Source: Octopus vulgaris
Lineage: Eukaryota
Direction: 5' to 3'
Assembly (NCBI GenBank): GCA_951406725.2
Contig: OX597837.1
Span: 6,820,001 to 6,884,000 of the forward strand
DNA length: 64,000 nt
A program made the translations under genes and the position numbers. The notes below the pieces were generated by a model. That model saw nothing but the letters and a program-made list of their open reading frames with translations. It searched no databases and was not told the DNA's origin. Below are positions 58,721 to 64,000 of the stretch, in pieces; within the stretch, counting starts at the first letter, position 1; each line of letters starts with the position of its first letter.

Positions 58721-59041
58721 GTTGACTACCTGTCCCCTGCTCATGACTAATATTGCACACTTATCTATGCTCAATTCCAGGCCTACATCTTTGATGAAGA
58801 GTCTTTATTATGGCGGCGAGCAGGCAGAATCATTTGCACGCTGGACGAAATGCTTAGCTGTATTTCACCCATCGTTACGTTCTGAGTTCAAATTCTGCCA
58901 AGGACAGCCTTGCTTTTCATCCTTTCGTGCACGATAAATTAAATACCAGCGAAATACTGGGGTCGATGTAAACGACTAGCCACCTTCCACCAAATTTCTG
59001 GCCTTGTGCCTACAGTAGAAAATAATATTATCAATTATTAA

Positions 59042-59105
<64 letters not shown>

Positions 59106-59117
59106 TATTATTATTAT

Positions 59118-59225
59118 ATGTAGTTGTCGTTGGTTCCACGTCTCACCCAGAGACTTCGATAGATAACAAGTTGGAAGTTCGTGTTGGTGTTATGCCTAGG
59201 GTGCCATATATTTGATTTTGTATTT
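59118..59225 (-). mobile_element. Short insert in (TTA)n, probable 3' end of an R4/Dong-like element
   Basis: A unique ~105-bp segment bounded on both sides by (TTA)n. The family assignment rests on resemblance only. Confidence 0.4.
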
Positions 59226-59227
59226 AA

Positions 59228-59295
<68 letters not shown>

Positions 59296-59296
59296 T

Positions 59297-59330
<34 letters not shown>

Positions 59331-60144
59331 CAGCAGTGTCTTTTTTGTTCGATGCACCATCATGACCCCATCACCATAACCTCTACCACCATGGCTTACA
59401 CCATCACCACGACCATCACTAATTTTTATCGAAATGTTGAGTAACAATAAAGAAATTAAAACAACAAAGCAACAACGACAATAACATCATCTAGAATAGT
59501 CTATACTAATATGTCTGTTGGTCTTGTGTCATGTTTATTTGTTTTCGTTACGTTTCTGACGTTGTTTTTTATTGACTTCAAAATTATTCATTTCATTTAT
59601 TCCTTTTCTTTCTTTCGTTTTCTTTTTTTCGTATTCAATATTCTTCGCCATTTTTCATTTCCTTTATCGAAGGCGCAATTTCTTAAATCCCTCGATAGTC
59701 TTAAATAAATTTTTTTTGTCTTTCTTTTATTTGACCCTGAAGTAATTTGGTTACTTTCTCACTAACTGTAGGTTTGGAAGAAGAAAAAGAAAACACCTTT
59801 GTGAAAATCAATAATAAAACAGTGTGATACCAAAAGTTGCTTGAAAAACCGTTCCAGCATACGGTGCTAAATAATTTGAAATTTGTTAAGCGATAGTAGT
59901 AAGACATGACTGTGTGGTTACGAAATTCATCTTGAGGCAACGTATTTTTGGGGATCAGTTCCACCGCACGGTATCTTCGGCAAGTGTTTTCTACTTTAGC
60001 CCCTCTGGCTGATTTACGAAAGCCGTGTGAGTAAATTTAGTAAACGGAAACTATGACGAAACCCATCCTGTATATAATATATATATTTTATACATACATA
60101 TATATATGTCTGTGTGTAAAAGTGTATATTTATATATAAGTACG

Positions 60145-60181
<37 letters not shown>

Positions 60182-60276
60182 ATATACATATATATATATA
60201 TAAAGATAGATAGATAGATAGATGGATAGCTATGATATATACATATATGTATAGCATACATGTATGACATGTGTCA

Positions 60277-60323
<47 letters not shown>

Positions 60324-60498
60324 GGTTAGTAAAATAAATTACTTTGCCGCATACTGAACTCATTAGAAATAGCAGCTAAAAAAACTTTTAAAAACTATCT
60401 CCAATACTTAAAGAAAACCTCTCTCATATAGTGTTTGCTCAACTCAACTCACGAAAATATGGGGTAGAGACATTAAAAAATCAAATGCAAAGGTTATT

Positions 60499-60551
60499 TG
60501 AGAACGTACGTTTCAAGATTAGTCAAAATCGACACTTCTATCATCAGCTCA
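60499..60551 (-). ncRNA. Inverted copy of the same hammerhead
   Basis: Reverse complement of 61141-61193 within the large inverted repeat. Confidence 0.8.
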
Positions 60552-61140
60552 GAACTCCCTGGTTTGGATTTGAAAACACTGAAAGTGGGAGCATACCCTT
60601 TCGGCCTGTTATCGCTTCTGAAGATCTGCTCAAAACTAACAGTGCTAGCAAATTCAAATATGCAAGCGAAGAATTTCTGCTCTCCCCTTTCCACCAGCGT
60701 GGGTTAAAATCAGCAAACACTATGCTTTTTCGGTAAAATCCGAGGCATTATATAGAGAGAGATGAATTATAATTTCAACAATTGAGGGTAAAATTAATTA
60801 ATCAATTTCACCAAGTATTCATATAATGTAATAATTTGAACTCGCCTTAAATGGTCCCTTTGTATACTGAATACTTGGTGAAATTGATTAATTAATTAAT
60901 TTTACCCTCAATTGTTGAAATTATAATTCATCTCTCTCTATATAATGCCTCGGATTTTACCGAAAAAAGCATAGTGTTTGCTGATTTTAACCCACGCTGG
61001 TGGAAAGGAGAGCAGAAATTCTTCGCTTGCATATTTGAATTTGCTAGCACTGTTAGTTTTGAGCAGATCTTCAGAAGCGATAACAGGCCGAAAGGGTATG
61101 CTCCCACTTTCAATGTTTTCAAATCCAAACCAGGGAGTTC

Positions 61141-61193
61141 TGAGCTGATGATAGAAGTGTCGATTTTGACTAATCTTGAAACGTACGTTCTCA
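61141..61193 (+). ncRNA. Minimal type I hammerhead ribozyme
   Basis: UGAG-CUGAUGA-UAGAAGUGUC(GAUUUU)GACUAAUCUU-GAAA-CGUACG-UU-CUCA. Canonical core, 4-bp stem I, palindromic stem III ACGUACGU. Confidence 0.8.
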
Positions 61194-61476
61194 AATAACC
61201 TTTGCATTTGATTTTTTAATGTCTCTACCCCCATATTTTCGTGAGTTGAGTTGAGCAAACACTATATGAGAGAGGTTTTCTTTAAGTATTGGAGATAGTT
61301 TTTAAAAAAGTTTTTTTAGCTGCTATTTCTAATGAGTTCAGTATGCGGCAAAAAGTAATTTATTTTACTAAGCCCTTTTATATAATGTAATAATTTGAAT
61401 TCGCCTTAAATGGTCCCTTTGTATACTGAATACTTGGTGAAATTGATTAATTAATTAATTTTACCCTCAATTGTTG

Positions 61477-61549
<73 letters not shown>

Positions 61550-61554
61550 TCATA

Positions 61555-61823
61555 TGTTTCGTTTTTGGATTTGGTTTGCAAGATTCTTTATATGAGTTCG
61601 TGTATTGAAGCATATTCTGTTGTGTCTGGGGAGAGTCATTTCTTTTGTGCCTTATAATGTAACACACCAACCGGTAAAATTTCCACTTATTTCTTATTTT
61701 TTATTTGTTATTTTTCTGGGTTTTTTAAAAAATTTTATAATAAGAAATAAATGGAAATTTGACCGGTGAGTGTGTTAAATTATAAGGCACAAAAAGAAAA
61801 TGACTCTCCCCAGACACAACAGA
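61555..61823. mobile_element. Foldback PLE-terminus remnant (arms 61616-61698, 61739-61823) with tail
   Basis: Inverted arms. The tail plus arm start align by eye with the reverse complement of the PLE terminus 11798-11868. Confidence 0.75.
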
Positions 61824-61950
61824 TTATATACACATGTATACATATATACATAAAGATACATAGATAGAAAGATAGAAAGCTATGGATATATAAGTATATG
61901 TATGTAAGCATGCATGCATGGATGTGTGTCTTATATATATATATATATAT

Positions 61951-62239
61951 AATTAAAAATGAGGGTGTCTAAAAGACACCAACATGCCGAAATAGCAGTC
62001 GAAACACTGACTATAGTACCACGTTAAATGTTCATATCGCACCATGAGGTGCGATACCTCATGGTGCGATATGAACATTTAACGTGGTACTATAGCCAGT
62101 GTTTCGACTGCTATTTCGGCATGTTGGTGTCTTTTAGACACCCTCATTTTTAATTGTTAAAAAAATTTTTTTACCTTTGTAAGGTATTTCTTTCATGTTG
62201 GCCACTTGATAATTTCGACACTTAGATATCGATATTATC

Positions 62240-62242
<3 letters not shown>
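61951..62242. mobile_element. Foldback element: 100-bp arms, 5-nt loop, one-sided tail
   Basis: 61951-62050 versus 62056-62155, one mismatch seen. Contains the motif CATGCCGAAATAGCAG and has (TA)n flanks. Confidence 0.85.
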
Positions 62243-62286
<44 letters not shown>

Positions 62287-62330
62287 CACGATTTATTCGT
62301 GATCAGAGGCGTTCGTAAACCGAGGTACTA

Positions 62331-62369
<39 letters not shown>

Positions 62370-63394
62370 CACACATGATTGTGTGTGTTTGCGCACCTCT
62401 CACCGCTTGACAAAATAGTATTGCTATATTTACGTTCAGCAAAGTGTCGATAGAATAACTGCCAGACTTAAAAATATACCCTGGGATCGATTTGTTCGAC
62501 TAAACTGTTCAGGGCGGTGCCCCAACATGGCCGTAGTACAACGACTATAACAAGTAAAAGCTTTACAAATATTGTTTTCTATATGAATTTATCTAATTAC
62601 ATTATATTATTTCAGAGTGGTACTTGTCTAACAAATGCCTTGATTCGAGACCATGTAGGAACAGAAGCAATTACACATTAGAAGTGTCTCTGTTAGCCAT
62701 TCGATAAGTCACACAATTGTTAAATTCACTTTAATTTTATTAAATGAGGTATCGATACAGTCGGATTAACCTCTCATTATTTGTTATATCTGATACTCGA
62801 TGTAGGCTGACCTGTGGCTAAATAACAGCAACAATTGTGGAGGCGCAATGGACCAGTGGTTAGGGCAGCGGACTTGCGGTCGTAAGAACGCGGTTTCGAT
62901 TCCGAGACCGGGCATTGTAAGTTTTTATTGAGCAAGAACATCTTAGCTCCACGAGGCTCCGGCGAGGGTTGGTGAACCCAGCTGTACTCTTTCACCACAA
63001 CTTTCTCTCACTCATTCTTCCTACTTCTGCCACAAAGCAGAGGAGCCATTTTGTAACCCACTGTAGTGTGGCGAAATTTCAGACCTTAGTCTAGATTGCG
63101 AATCCTCTGTACCCCAGGATGTTTCAGCTCTCCACCCGTTAAAAGCCACCATTTACGGAATGAGGATAACAATGTGGCTTACTACACGGCGACGCCTGTC
63201 CTGTGTACACATATTGAGCACCATTCAGCCTCATACACCAGTTCAGCCCCAGGAGAGTGGAATCAGGATTGAACACGTCACATACAGGCTCCGTAGTCGT
63301 CTCGTCAGACTAATAACAGAAGATGAAAGCAAATGTTTATTTACTGTTCCAAACACACCAAATATCGATTGATACACAATCATATTTGCATATA

Positions 63395-63432
<38 letters not shown>

Positions 63433-63676
63433 TGTATATATGTATATATGCATATATATGCACATAAATATATACGTACATATATGCATGGATATATATA
63501 TATATATATGTATGTATCTATATATATACATATATATGTGTGTATATATACATATATACATACATATACATATGTATATGTATATATATATGTGCATATG
63601 TATATGTCTATATATGTATATATCTATATAAATGTGCATATATATACATACGCACACTCACACATATATATATATG

Positions 63677-63734
<58 letters not shown>

Positions 63735-64000
63735 CACTACTCACACATATATATATGTATACATATATACATATATACATATATTCATACATATATACAT
63801 ATATACATATATATAATTTCATGCTCTTTATCCTTATTTTTCATTTATTTATTTATTTATGTTGTCGTGAGCGTTTCTGACTTTTATTTTTTTTTATTTT
63901 CCATCTTATTTTATTATTTATTTATAGTAAAAGGTCGAAGGTTATTTCATTCCACTAGTTCACCTCAAAGAGATCAAAATAAAATAAAATGAAATAAAAT

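Larger units (their letters stand above)
60315..61484. mobile_element. Compound HHR element: inverted arms (~60315-60821, 60868-61384) plus partial tandem repeat (559-bp period)
   Basis: ~500-bp reverse-complement arms. 60822-60925 is repeated directly at 61381-61484. (TA)n lies on both sides. Confidence 0.85.

Noticed and set aside
60431-61258. Mirror-image 66-106 aa ORFs
   Set aside because: Produced by the inverted repeat. They differ by frameshifts between arms and have no recognisable domain.

Overview
Repeat-saturated, AT-rich animal genomic DNA with no recognisable host gene exon. The SINE families look like those of octopus, which is an inference from pattern recognition. Almost all supplied ORFs are microsatellite artefacts. 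The one real long ORF (7744-11274, minus strand, 1176 aa) is a young Penelope-like retroelement (PLE) with an RT and a C-terminal GIY-YIG endonuclease. It is flanked by ~478-bp near-identical inverted pseudo-LTRs, each carrying a variant hammerhead ribozyme (HHR), and it sits in (TA)n. Reading the sequence directly shows five more intact-looking minimal type I hammerheads and two decayed ones, all in short non-coding elements inserted in (TA)n. Many of these elements form foldback or tandem structures and share a terminal motif, which suggests a set of non-autonomous, retrozyme-like PLE passengers. Also present: four tRNA-derived SINE families, a SINE-derived minisatellite with dimeric higher-order structure, two non-autonomous Helitron copies, a decayed Tc1 element, a TA-flanked MITE and R4/Dong-like LINE fragments.
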